Source: Euprymna scolopes (taxonomy: Eukaryota). Taken from it: a stretch of DNA of 64,000 bases. The notes under the pieces are model-generated. The model made no database searches. It had not been told where the DNA came from and saw nothing but the letters and a program-made list of their open reading frames with translations. The stretch's first letter is position 1. The number at the start of each line of letters is the position of its first letter. Positions 45,270 to 57,231 of the stretch are shown here, one piece after another. Both the position numbers and the translations under genes were made by a program. The stretch lies in the NCBI GenBank assembly GCA_053919585.1, contig CM132828.1; one strand, 5' to 3'.

Positions 45270-46340
45270 TTCAATATTTCAGCTGTTTTTATTATTGTTG
45301 TTCGTTTTATTTTTCCAGTCATCCCTTTGATTCCAATTTCTCCCATTCTTTTTTCAAGGTTTTTCGGAATTGTTCTTATTGCCAGCTTGTGTTTGTACCA
45401 CTTGTCTGTGCGTTCGAGATGCCGTTGTTTGCATAATTCCCAGTGTACTACCCTTCCCACTTGGTCATGTCTGTTCTTGTATTCCTTTTGGGTCAGTTTG
45501 CTGCATTCATTTATATAGTCTATCGTCTCGTTTCTTTGTCCACTGAGTCTGCATTTGCTGTTTTCTTGTTTTTTGTCGATTTTTGCTTTGATGTAGTTGA
45601 TCTTATCGAGTTTTCTTGTACCGCAGTTGTTAAGGATTCAGTTTCTCAGCTTGTGTCCTTTTCGCCTCCATGTTCAAGTGTTTTCGTTCTTTTCATCTTT
45701 TATCATCCTCATGAATCTTTCGTGTAGATGTTTCTCTTCCCACTTTTCTTTTCTTGTCTTACCCTTTTTCTCTCTGTTTTCTGTTTTATGGATTTTTTCT
45801 TCTATGATTATTCTTTCAGTGTTTGGATTTTTTCTTGTTCTTTTTTGCTGTCATTCACACAGTCTTCTATACTAACCAGCCCCCTCCCGCCATCTTTCCC
45901 TTTTACGTAGAGTCGGTCAACATTGTCTTTCGGATGTAGTGCGTGTTTCATGGTCATGAGTTTCCTGGTCTTCTGTTCGAGCTGACTCAGTTCTTCTTAA
46001 GTCCACCCTATGGACGGTCCAGAGTATCTTACTAGTGATACTGCCCATGTAAATACGCCTTTTATTAGGTTTCTGCTACATAATTTGGTTTCGAGAAGTG
46101 GTCTTGTTCTCCTGACGTATTCCTTTCAAATTCTCTCTTTCATTTCTGTTGCTTTGATGGTGTCTGCTTCCAGTACTCCTAGGTATTTATAGGCGTCTTG
46201 TTCCCCTAGGGCCGTCATCTCCGTTTAGTTGGATAGTTTCATGCCTTCTGTCGTCTCTAGTTTTCCCTTTCTTATAACTAGTAGTGCGCACTTTTCCATA
46301 CCAAATTCCATTTGGATATCCTGGCTGTAGGTCTTGGTGG
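45270..46340 (-). mobile_element. Decayed R4/Dong-type non-LTR retrotransposon, 3' part (end of RT, thumb, CCHC/RHD region)
   Basis: Minus-strand translation gives YSQDIQMEFGMEKCA, YKYLG, LHPKDNVDRLYVKGKDGGRGL and KCRL..ETI..C..L..KEYKNRHDQVGRVVHWELC, with in-frame stops. Confidence 0.85.
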
Positions 46341-46344
46341 TATT

Positions 46345-47790
46345 TATTAATATGCTCTTCTTTGGTCTTCACATAGGTAATCACGTGATCAATTAGAGCT
46401 AATGCTCCAGGACACTTCTCGATGATCATGTCCATCTTCTGTTTAAATTTAGCACCAGAGAGTTTGTGCTAGAGTTCCTCCATCGTTGGGGATTTGTGGC
46501 GACAACGCAGGATGTCCCTGCTTAGATCTTTAGGGTTTAGACATAGGCGAAGTTGGCCATTGCTATTGCACACATAGCCGATGCTGTCCACCCAATCAGT
46601 TGGCTCATCAACCTTTCGGATTATTTGTTGGTTTACGAGTTCATCCAATTCTGCTTTTACCCCCTGTCCTCATGTGGATGAATCATTCCCTAGGTGCATG
46701 AGTCATGGGATGGATGTTCGGACGAGGCACGATGTGGTATCCCCTGAGAAGTTGTCAATTCAGTCAAATTGGTCCGGTACCCTTCCATACGATCTCTTGT
46801 AGAGTTGATTGGGGTGTGGTTTGTAGAAGTAACTGTGGCATCTGTTGCAAACATCTCGACAGAACAGCAGTCTGTGCATCTCCATCAACTGTCGTAAGTT
46901 GTGATCATGTTCCTCTTTGGTCTTCCCATTAATGATCAAGTCATCAGTTTGAGCTAATGATCCAGGACACTTTTCGATTATCATGTCCATCTTTTGTTGA
47001 AAAACATCTTGAGACATGACTAGGCCAAAGGGCATTCTTTTGAAACAATATCGGCCGAAGGGTGAATTGAAGGTCGTCAGTAATTGTGATTCTCTGTCAC
47101 GTTTGACTGATCAGTAACCATTGTTGGCATCTAGCTATGAGAAAAATTTTGCACCAGAGAGTTTGTGCGAGGGTTTCTCCATGGTTGAGGATTTGTGAAG
47201 ACATTGAATTTCTACAGATCCCTGTTGCGGGATGCTAGAACCAATGTACGCAGTAAGTATCGCTGTTTCCTTCTGAGTTGTTCCTGGGCGTGGATATCCA
47301 TTGTGGTCCATATGTTCCGGAAAAAATAGCTGGAATGTACGTAATGGGAGTGTATTTCCCTCCGCTCCTGTGCCTACGTTAACCTTCAGTTCGTGAACAC
47401 CTTTTCTGTTTGGTAGTATGACGTTTAGGGTGGCAAATACTTCTTTCCGAGAGCCTCTTTTCCTGTGATCCTGCATTGAATAAAATGACATATTCTCAAA
47501 TTCATCAACCATTTGGTTCTGAACATTAATACAGCTCTGACAATTTTAGACGTAGACTCTGCTGGTACAATTTTCTTGTGTTTGGTATGTCTATTTGTTT
47601 GTGGCTGTCTTCCCGTTTTTTTTTAACTCTTTTGGTCTGGCACATCTTAGTCAGTGGTTCCTGCGTCCGCATGCTGAACAAGTGCTGCATCGACCGGGGC
47701 AATTTCCATGCTGATTGATAAGCTCACATTTGCCACATGTTTCTTTTATCGCGTTTATCTTGTCAGTTTTTCCTTGCAGTTTTGCCCATT
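46345..47790 (-). mobile_element. Decayed Ty3/Gypsy (Mag-like) gag-pol fragments: twin zinc knuckles, protease, RT
   Basis: CGKC..H..CP...CSACGRRNH at ~47640-47740; VGTGAEGNTLP (decayed DTGA); RYCFKRMPFGLVMSQDVFQQKMD...DDLIINGKTKEEHD; DWVDS...GQLRLCLNPKDL. Confidence 0.88.
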
Positions 47791-48429
47791 TGAAGAAATT
47801 TATTATCCACTTCTCGTGGAAGGTAATTCTTCTTCATCAATTAGATGTTACGGCTAAACTCTGAAACATCAAGGAAGAAAACAAACAAAAAAGGAAAAAT
47901 ATGAGAAATAGAATTTATTAAATATAATGGCAAAAGGAAAAGTTCGTGACCTCTATGGGCTGCCAAAAATGTCCATCTGTCTTACAAATATTCTTGTAGT
48001 AGTAACCGAAAGAGGAGAGAGTGAAGGGAAAGAGAAGGAAAGAGAGATGGAGAAAGAAAGAAAGAAAGAAAGAAAGAAGGGGTGCACTTACTGGAAGCTT
48101 CTGGGCGTCCTTTTCTGAATGGAATATTTAGAAAGTTCGTTTTGTTTGGGTTTTTTTACTTTCAGAGTTCGTGTTATTTAAAAGTTCTTTTTTATTAGTC
48201 CTTTTCCTGGAAACTCGTTTCCGTAGTCCTTTTTGCAAAGGTTAAAATTCCATAAAGGCAGAATATTTCAGAGTTTTCAAGTTTCTTAGAAACTTTTCAG
48301 CGGCGAATGTTCTTCTTAAACTTCAATTATCCTTTTTTCGAAAATTGAATTCAGTTTTCAAATGTCTTAGAAAACTTTGAGGCGAATTTTCTTCTCTTGG
48401 TTCTTTTCAACAATTTTAATGTCTTGTTA

Positions 48430-49748
48430 CGACAGATTTGTACTTCGCCTAAGTTATTTTTCAGGCTTGGTTTTCTGTTTCGTTTTGCGAGTAATTCTGT
48501 AAACAAAATCGTTTAAGAGCATGGCCTCTTTCTTGCTCACTAGTTGCTTTTGCAGCTCCAGATGTTCCGTTCCGACTATTATTTGTTCAATCACTTGTTC
48601 TTCCAACTCATAATCGTCTCTGAATTTACATTTGTGTGCTTGCAGCTTGTAGCTTGCAGGAAAAACATCAATGTTTTCTGTTTCCTTTTGCGAGTGATTC
48701 TGTAAACAAAAACGTGTGATCTGAAAATAAACTTGCGGTTCTAACTTCTCTAGGAGTTTATTCTAAATCATAGCAGGATTGCGTCTGTCGGTCGCGTTTT
48801 CAAATGACCAAGAATTATAACGCCTAAGACCTTCTTTCACCGAAAACAAGCGAATGTGATCAACTTGTCTGTCTTCTATAGTGCCTTCTACGAAAAAATA
48901 TAACTCACACTGTTGCTTGAAAAATTTGAAAGATTCCACTAAATTGGTCGTTTCCCAGCACATATGTGGATCACTTGTACGATTCGATATTATTCTTGGT
49001 ATCGTCAAAACAATATAGGGTTGAAAGACAAACATTTTTTAATTAGGCAACTTACAGTTCACACGTTAAAATCCAATATTGCGCCTTTTTGGACACACAT
49101 GGCTACGTCCTTTTTTTTTCTACCAGTTAGACGATTGAGCTATTGTCGGATTATGTGAGGATTCTCCTCTTTTCTTTTTAACATTAATATTCTATAATCG
49201 AATTTTTCTGCTGCCATCATGTTGTACCTTTTTTGTAATATTGTTAGTACGAATGTGTTATATTAAGGAGACGAAACGAGACGTGTTAGATCTAATATAA
49301 CTCACACTGTTCCTTGAAAATTTTGAAGGATTCAACCAAATTAGTCGTTTCCCAGCACATATGTGGTTCACTTGTACGATTCGACATTATTCTTGGTATC
49401 GTCAAAACAATATATGGTTGAAAGACAAACACATTTTTTGTTAATTAGGCAACTTACAATTCACACGTTAAAATCCAGTATTGCGTTTTTTGGACACACA
49501 TGGTTACGTCCTTTTTTTTTTTTTTTGCTGCCAGTTAGACGATTGAGCTATTGTCGGATTGTCCTATATTTTTTTTACAGTAATATTCCGTAACCGAATT
49601 TTTCTGCTACCACTATGTTGTACCTTTTTTGTAATATTAATAGTACGAATGTGTTATATTAAGGAGACGAAATGAGACGTGTTAGATCAAGGAAGACATC
49701 TTTGTTTGCAAAAGGGATATAACTCGTACAGCAGGAATTAAACCAACA
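48430..49748 (-). mobile_element. 5' part of a Mag-like Gypsy element: gag N-terminus, leader, PBS and short LTR-like end
   Basis: WETTNLVESFKFFKQQCELYF gag-like segment. On the minus strand ...CAACA is followed by a TGGTGGCAGCAG-like PBS. A TGTTG...CAACA-bounded 133-bp segment lies at 49616-49748. Confidence 0.7.
49208..49219 (-). promoter_or_regulatory. Primer binding site, tRNA-Leu type (other copies at 49604-49615, 51314-51325, 51723-51734)
   Basis: Minus strand reads TGATGGCAGCAG, TAGTGGTAGCAG or TAGTGGCAGCAG directly after an LTR-like CAACA. The inferred ancestor is TGGTGGCAGCAG. Confidence 0.65.
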
Positions 49749-51895
49749 AGGAAAGATAATCCATGAGTTGACACTCCCCCCTCTCTCTCTCTCTTTCTCT
49801 CTCTATTTATCTATCTCTATCTATCTATCTCTCTCTCCTTTTTACTCGCAAGATAGTTTGCCGATCTCTGAAAAGTGGAAAAAGCTTGTTAGTAATTGAT
49901 GTTCAGAAACAGTGCCAGCAATCTTTTTTCTTTTTTAATTGTGTGTGTGTGTGTGTGTGTGTTTTTCGCGTCTTTCGAATCAGTTCAAGGTAGGATTTTT
50001 TTTAGAGGAAGAATCTTTTTTTTGGGGAGGATTCCATTGTATTGGTGACCATTTACGAACGACCATAAAAAAGAAGCTTACAACCTTTTCAGAGAAAAGG
50101 CATTTTAATTCGGACTCTGAGGAGAGAGAGAGAGAGAGAGAGAGAAAGGGAAAGAGAAGGAAAGAGAGATGGAGAAAGAAATAAAGAAGGGGTGCACTTA
50201 CTGGAAGCTTCTGGGCGTCCTTTTCCGAATGGAACATTTAGAAAGTTCGTTTTGTTTGGGGATTTTTACTTTCAGAGTTCGTGTTATTTAAAAGTTCTTT
50301 TTTATTAGTCCTTTTCCTGGAAACTCGTTTCCGTAGTCCTTTTTGCAAAGGTTAAAATTCCATAAAGGCAGAATATTTCAGAGTTTTCAAGTTTCTTAGA
50401 AACTTTTCAGCGGCGAATGTTCTTCTTAAACTTCAATTATCCTTTTCTCGATAATTGAATTCAGTTTTCAAGTGTCTTAGAAAACTTTGAGACGAATTTT
50501 CTTCTCTTGGTTCTTTTCAACAATTTTAATGGCTTGTTAGGACAGAGTTGTACTTCGCCTAAGTTATTTTTCAGGCTTGGTTTTCTGTTTCGTTTTGCGA
50601 GTAATTCTGTAAACAAAAACGTGTAAGAGCATGGCCTCTTTCTTGCTCAGTAGTTGCTTTTGCAGCTCCAGATGTTCCGTTCCGACTATTATTTGTTCAA
50701 TCACTTGTTCTTCCAACTCATAATCGTCTCTGAATTTACATTTGTGTGCTTGCAGCTTGTAGCTCGCAGGAAAAACATCAATGTTTTCGGTGTCCTTTTG
50801 CGAGTGATTCTGTAAACAAAAACGTGAGATCCGAAAATCAACTTGCGGTTCTAACTTCTCTAGGAGTTTATTCTAAATCATAGCAGGATTGCGTCTGTCG
50901 GCCTCGTTTTCAAATGACCAAGAATTATAACGCCTAAGACATTCTTTCACCGAAAACAAGCGAATGTGATCAACTTGTCTGTCTTCTATAATGCCTTCTA
51001 CGAAAAAATATTACTCACACTGTTGCTTGAAAAATTTGAAGGATTCCACTAAATTAGTCGTTTCCCAGCACATATGTGGTTCACTTGTACGATTCGATAT
51101 TATTCTTGGTATCGTCAAAACAATATAGGGTTGAAAGACAAACAATTTTTTTAGGCAACTAACAGTTCACACATTAAAATCCAATATTGCGTCTTTTTTG
51201 GACACACATGGCTACGTCCTTTTTTTCCTACCAGTTAGACGATTGAGCTATTGTCGGATTCTGTGAGGATTCTCCTCTTTTTTTTAACAGTAATATTCTA
51301 TAATCGAATTTTTCTGCTGCCATCATGTTGTACTTTTTTTTGTAATATTATTAGTACGAATGTATTATATTAAGGAGACGAAACGAGACGTGTTAGATCT
51401 AATATAACTCACACTGTTCTTTGGAAATTTTGAAGGATTCAACCAAATTAGTCGTTTCCCAGCACATATGTGGTTCACTTGTACGATTCGACATTATTCT
51501 TGGTATCGTCAAAACAATATATGGTTGAAAGACAAACACATTTTTTGTTAATTAGGCAACTTCCAGTTCACACGTTAAAATCCAGTATTGCGTCTTTTTT
51601 GACACACATATGGCTACGTCCTTTTTTTTTTTTTTTTTTTTTTTTGCTGCCAGTTAGACGATTGAGCTATTGTCGGATTGTCCTATATTTTTTTTACAGT
51701 AATATTCCGTAACCGAATTTTTCTGCTGCCACTATGTTGTACCTTTTTTGTAATATCATTATTACGAATGTGTTATATTAAGGAGACGAAACGAGACGTG
51801 TTAGATCAAGGAAGACGTCTTTGTTTGCATAAGGGACATAACTGGTACAGCAAGAATTACAACCAACAAGGAAAGATAATCCATGAGTTGACACT

Positions 51896-51958
<63 letters not shown>

Positions 51959-52100
51959 CTATCTATCTATCTCTCTCTCCTTTTTACTCGCAAGATAGTT
52001 TGCCGATCTCTGGAAAGTGGAAAAAGCTTGTTAGTAATTGATGTTCAGAAACAGTGCCAGCAATCTTTTTTCTTTTTTAATTGTGTGTGTGTGTGGGTGT

Positions 52101-52132
<32 letters not shown>

Positions 52133-52288
52133 TTTTCGCGTCTTTCGAATCAGTTCAAGGTAGGATTTTTTTTAGAGGAAGAATTTTTTTGGGGGGGAGG
52201 ATTCCATTGTATTGGTGACCATATACGAACGACCATAAAAAAGAAGCTTACAACCTTTTCAGAGAAAAGGCATTTTAATTCGGACTCT

Positions 52289-52328
<40 letters not shown>

Positions 52329-53046
52329 CAATACTTGAACCTTTTTAAGTTTTTTTTTTTGTTTTGAAGAAAGGTCGATAAAAGGACAGACAAGAGAAAA
52401 AAACATGAAAAAAACTTTGCGAACTTTTCTTTGCATGTTATTCCCCCCCCCCTTCAGAATCCCATTTTTTCAAGTAAGCCTTTCTTATTTAGTTTAAAGA
52501 AAACGAGAATGCCCCCCCCCTTTGGGAAATCTAATTTCGAGTCTCCATTACAAATTATATTTCTTCCTTTTTTTGTATTTACTTCAATTGAATTTGAACT
52601 TTGTTCGTTATATTATTTCTGTAACCTTGTTAATGTGATAATTTTTACATTTGCTTTTGGGAAGCAAAACAGCAACCAGTTTTTCCAAAATAAACTTTGG
52701 AATTTTTAACTTCAATTCAATTCATTTATTTGTTTTTTTTGTTTTCTTTGTTTTCTTTGTGTTGTTGCTATTTTCGTTTTTCTTGTTTAGTACATGTTTT
52801 CCAACAAAGTCGAATTTTTCAAAAAAAAAAAAAAATGAAAACAACGCTTTTGTAAGAATAAACCGATGTTATTTATTTTAAACAACATATACAGAAGATT
52901 TTAATTTATAACTATTTTGGAAAAAATAAACACTTAAAAAGCAGTATATATATTTATTTTTTAAAGCTTAAACAATATAAATAAAGTAGAATTATTTTTA
53001 TGAATTTAAAGAGTAAATTTTAACTTGGTTTCCCCCCTTAACATTT

Positions 53047-53481
53047 TGTGAGACTAACCGTAGCCCTCGGCGCAAGAGGGTCCGTGTGTGCCTGGCGTGT
53101 GGGGTGGTGGCTGATCCTGTGGTCGGGGCAGCGGAAGAAAGAGTTTCAAGATGGCGCCTGCCTGCTTTTATTAGAGACGGAATCTCGCAGGATCGCGCGA
53201 GATCTCGCGGGGATGCAAATTAGCTAGGCCATCTTGAGGAATAAAAATCGGTCCATTGGAGGTGCGAGGCGCCGAGGCAGTCGGGTTCTGACGTTCGTGG
53301 CGATTAGTACAGTGACCGTTGGGTTCCGTTTCTATTCGTGCAGTCAGCTGAGCTTTGTTAGTTACCTTCGCGCCGTGGCTGTCATTGTTTGTTGGTTTGC
53401 TGTGTGTTGCTGTGGTTCTTCAGTGAAACGCTTCGTCGCCCACGACGAGACCCCCCGTCTCCTACACAAGATACTCTTACA
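53047..53481. mobile_element. Solo LTR, 435 bp, with a perfect 5-bp TSD
   Basis: Termini TGTGAGA...TCTTACA (6/7 inverted match), CATTT on both sides (53042-53046 and 53482-53486), and a sharp GC/CpG-rich island in AT-rich flanks. Confidence 0.88.
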
Positions 53482-54022
53482 CATTTTCTCATAAAATGAC
53501 GACTCTGAAGTTTTCGAGTATGCTGAAAACGAATATCGCATTTAACTTTTCTTCAAATATGTCGTTTTCCGGATTTTAAGCAATATATTTTTATGTTTAA
53601 AAGCGGTGACCCAAATTTATTGTTTTTCAACAGTTAATTTTCTATTTAAATAATTTCACGTTTTAATCGTGTTTTAATTTTTTATATATCTATTGAATTT
53701 TTTCTATCAGAATGAACAAAGATACTATAAACTTTATAGGAAAACAATTCGACGCTTTTCAATAATGAACGAGCATTTTTACACGAGGAACAAAATAATG
53801 ATTACACCGGTTTATTACGATGACCTAAATTCATTCTTCTTTAGCAGTTGATTTTCTCTTTAAATAATTTCACGTTTAAATCGTGGTTTTCATCTTTTAT
53901 TTTTTGATTCTTTTATATTTTCATATATTTTATTTCTTAATGAATTGGACACACAAATCAAAAGTTCGGTAAATTTACTAAAGAAATCTTAAAAAAACAA
54001 AACAACTTTTCTGTTTTGAACA

Positions 54023-54023
<1 letters not shown>

Positions 54024-54055
<32 letters not shown>
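54024..54055. repeat. Poly(A) tract of about 32 nt
   Basis: Read directly from the sequence. Confidence 0.85.
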
Positions 54056-54056
<1 letters not shown>

Positions 54057-54439
54057 GAATTCATTACGATTTTTCCCCATTTCGTATTGAACTCCTGGAA
54101 TGAAAGGTTAGTTTTTTCATCTTTTTTACGCTTATAAAACTATGCAATCCACTAACTTTTAAATTAATCTTAAAAATTTAAATAAATTTATTGATTCCAC
54201 CATTCTTTATAACAGAGATGAATAAAAAATATGAATTCTAAATTAAAAAAGAAAATCATCTTAAATATATGGGTTTGTATTACTGTACACATAGATTCGA
54301 AAAAGTTGTCAAAAAACAAATATAGAACAAATAAATGTTATCAAAGGCAAGATAAGTTACTTTTCTACCTAACTGGATATATTTTTTGTGTTTTTATTTA
54401 GTGTAACATGTTTATTCAGCTCGAATAGTTATCTGTATT

Positions 54440-54578
54440 CATGCTACAGGAGTCCATCTATGGACCAACTCTCTTCCTAATCTACATTAATGATCTTCCA
54501 AATCATATCCTTAGATCATTCATAGACATTTATGCTACTGACACTACCATCTATGGCAACACATCAAAGACAATAAAT
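54440..54578 (+). mobile_element. Short CR1/L2-group LINE RT fragment
   Basis: QESIYGPTLFLIYINDLPNHILRSFIDIYATDTTIYG, which matches the copies at ~57920-58030 and ~61400-61520. Confidence 0.8.
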
Positions 54579-55234
54579 GCAGTGTTTACCGATGTATTGG
54601 AAAATTCAAAATGGCAGCCGACTCTCTCTCGGAGAGGGTACGTTTGGGAAAAGGTATTATAAATAATAAACTAGACAAAATACTGTTAGAAAACAACCGA
54701 ATACATGTCAACTTATGTCACGGTAACATATATTGAGCGAATTTCTATATATATTATTCAATCTGAGATGTATATTTTAGTAAATATGCTTATTTAGTAA
54801 AATAAAATAAAATAATAATAATAATAATGCTTATTTTAGTAAAACTTATTTGACTTCTGAGCAAATAATAATGTTTTCGATAATGACAATAATTTATTTC
54901 GAAGTTTATCAAATTATTAAACAACTGAACACAAAAACTGTTTTTTTTCTCGATATTTAATTGTTTTACCATTTAATTTTTTTTTTATCTGTTTCTTGTC
55001 TGTCTTATTTTGTCGCTAGATAATTTTGTTTGCTATTTGAATGTTGATCAGTTTCTTTTATAAAGTTTACATGAAATGAGCCCCCATTTATTGGCCATCA
55101 TCAATTAGAAGAAACTTAACGTAGAAAAAATATTAAATTAGAAATTAAAATATACTTTTTTTTGTTTTTTATTTAAAACAAAAATCCGCAAATAAGAAAA
55201 TAAAAAATAAAAACAAAACAAAACAAAAAATATA

Positions 55235-55674
55235 GTAATTGTCTGTATTTTTAAGATGAGGTGTTTTCATTGATTGAGATTGTCGGACTGACTTCCTCAT
55301 CTTGGTTGTTATTGTCACAACGTTTCGTCCGTTTTGCCCTCCGGCCTTCATCAGGTGTTTTGTATCGAACTGGGGAACCGTTTGTTAGGAGTCTCGAACC
55401 CAACCCTTTATTAATATTACAGGGGTACCGTGTTCGGACTCCAGCTAGGCTCTGGGACATAGTTGCTGATTCTCTGTTTTGAATGTTACCTTTTCACTGC
55501 CTTCGTTCAGGATTGAACTCAGCATCTTTGGGTAACTGTAAACTTTGATACAACGTCTAGGACCGCTCAGCCATATGTCACTAGGACGGATGGAGGCCGG
55601 AGGGCAAAATGGCTGAAACGTTGTGACAATAACAACCAAGATGAGGAAGTCAGTCCGACAATCTCAATCAAAAA
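55235..55674. mobile_element. Penelope-like element remnant with inverted pseudo-LTR ends
   Basis: 85-bp inverted arms at 55270-55354 and 55587-55671, each with a hammerhead-type core; candidate TSD AAAAAATATA at 55225-55234 and 55675-55684. Confidence 0.72.
55316..55357 (-). ncRNA. Minimal type-I hammerhead-ribozyme-like motif; a more decayed copy lies on + at ~55587-55625
   Basis: CAC-CUGAUGA-A-GGCCG-(GAGGGCAAAA)-CGGAC-GAAAC-GUU-GUG: both core boxes, a stem II with one mismatch, palindromic AACGUU stem III and a 3-bp stem I. Confidence 0.6.
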
Positions 55675-57231
55675 AAAAAATATATTGAAAGACTTTAGAT
55701 ACATAAATTTTCCTACATAAATTTAGCGTACAATGAACATTCAATTCTTCAACGATCAATTAGACATGTTATTAATGTTTGCAGTTTAACATTCTTGTGG
55801 CGGTGGTACGAGGGGGACATTTGGATTTTTCTTTATTACGCTTTTGTGGTGGGGGTTGGATCACATGTGCTGTTAACTATTCTGTACTTTCACCTAACAA
55901 TTTTATAAATGGAAAATATCATAAAAATATAATTAGGCAAAACAAAACTTTGCAAAAAAATGTCACCATGACATATATTACATTTAATTCTACAATTAAT
56001 TTTCGATTCATGAGCGATTATCGGAACTCCCAAAATGACCAAGTCATGTCAGCCAATTCTTCTTTTTCTAACGAAATCGTCAGCTGTAATTTCCAAAGTT
56101 AATAAACACTTAAAAATAAGTTAAAATATATATATAAAAAAAAAAAATTATCCAGGTTGGAAGAAATTAATTTATATTGTATTTGGTAAAATTTCTTTGT
56201 AATATATGTTTTTAGTCAATACCGATAATACACCAACGCACAACTTACCATTAAAATATCCATTTATATAGGTTTTCCCGTGTGTTATGAACGAATATCA
56301 CATTCAAAATTGGAGGGGCAAATAGTTTTGAAGATATCGACATCTTCATATTCCAATGTTGTCTCTAGTAGTTTTCAATGGCGGCCATTTTGTCTAACGT
56401 AAGCATTTTTTGTGTTGTTTTTCGTTTTTATTTTGTATTTTGAACATTTTTTAGGGGGTATTCAATTATAGAACTTGTATAGTTTTTAACAGGTGCTTCT
56501 GCAGTTTAATTAACTGTTTTTTTTTCGTAAGTAATGCGTCAATATGAACCCAGCAGGATCTGTTTAATAATTTCACAAAAAGTCTGTATTACTTTGTGTA
56601 GGGATTGAGTTATGATCCATAACATCAATTACAATTTTCATTTAACTCATCAAGTGCATCATCTCTCACAATGTCGCCTACCAAGCTCTTACTCTATCTC
56701 GAAATTATCACTTATAGATAAAATAATTACATATACAATACGTTCCCTTTTAAGCACAAGACTTTATTGTTTTTATGCTCAACTAAGAAATTTCACAAAA
56801 TTTCTGTATTACTTTGTGTAGGGATTGACTTAATAAAATCCATTAAAATTTTAAGCGCAAGACGTGACTGTTTTTATGCTTAACTTAGAAAGGCAAGTCG
56901 TATAAGCTCGAACGTTTCAAAATGGTTCTTGTTCTCATCAAAGGGTATGTTCACCTTTGAATTAATAAATGTTTGCTCCAAATATTTTCCTCAAAATATG
57001 AAACTTTGTCAAACAGAAAGGTTGAACATATTATTGCAAGATGTAAGTAGAATCATTTTTATATTGAATAGAAAAAGCTGTTCGTAAGTTTGTTTGTTTT
57101 TTTTTTTACAAAAAAGGTCACCACTTATCAAGGTCAGGAGGCCACCGGAGAATATTTGAGTGTACAGTAGAAAATGGGATAATTTCTTAGTAATCGTTAG
57201 TAGTAGAAATTTGGTAAATTGGATTATTTAT

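Larger units (their letters stand above)
48013..52326. repeat. Tandem duplication of a ~2.1-kb unit bounded by GA-rich tracts; each unit has an internal ~395-bp direct repeat and CT/GT/GA microsatellites
   Basis: ggtgcacttactggaagc at 48081/50191, cggactctgagg at 50111/52281; internal repeat at ~48898/49294 and ~51008/51401. Confidence 0.92.

Noticed and set aside
49363-52881. Short ORFs with CVCV, SLSL, ERER or poly-F runs
   Set aside because: Translations of microsatellites and TE leader sequence.
54580-54730. CAGTGTTT start resembling a hAT terminal repeat
   Set aside because: No matching opposite TIR or 8-bp TSD found.
55169-55639. Short ORFs such as PDEGRRAKRTKRCDNNNQDEE
   Set aside because: Translations of the non-coding inverted arms.
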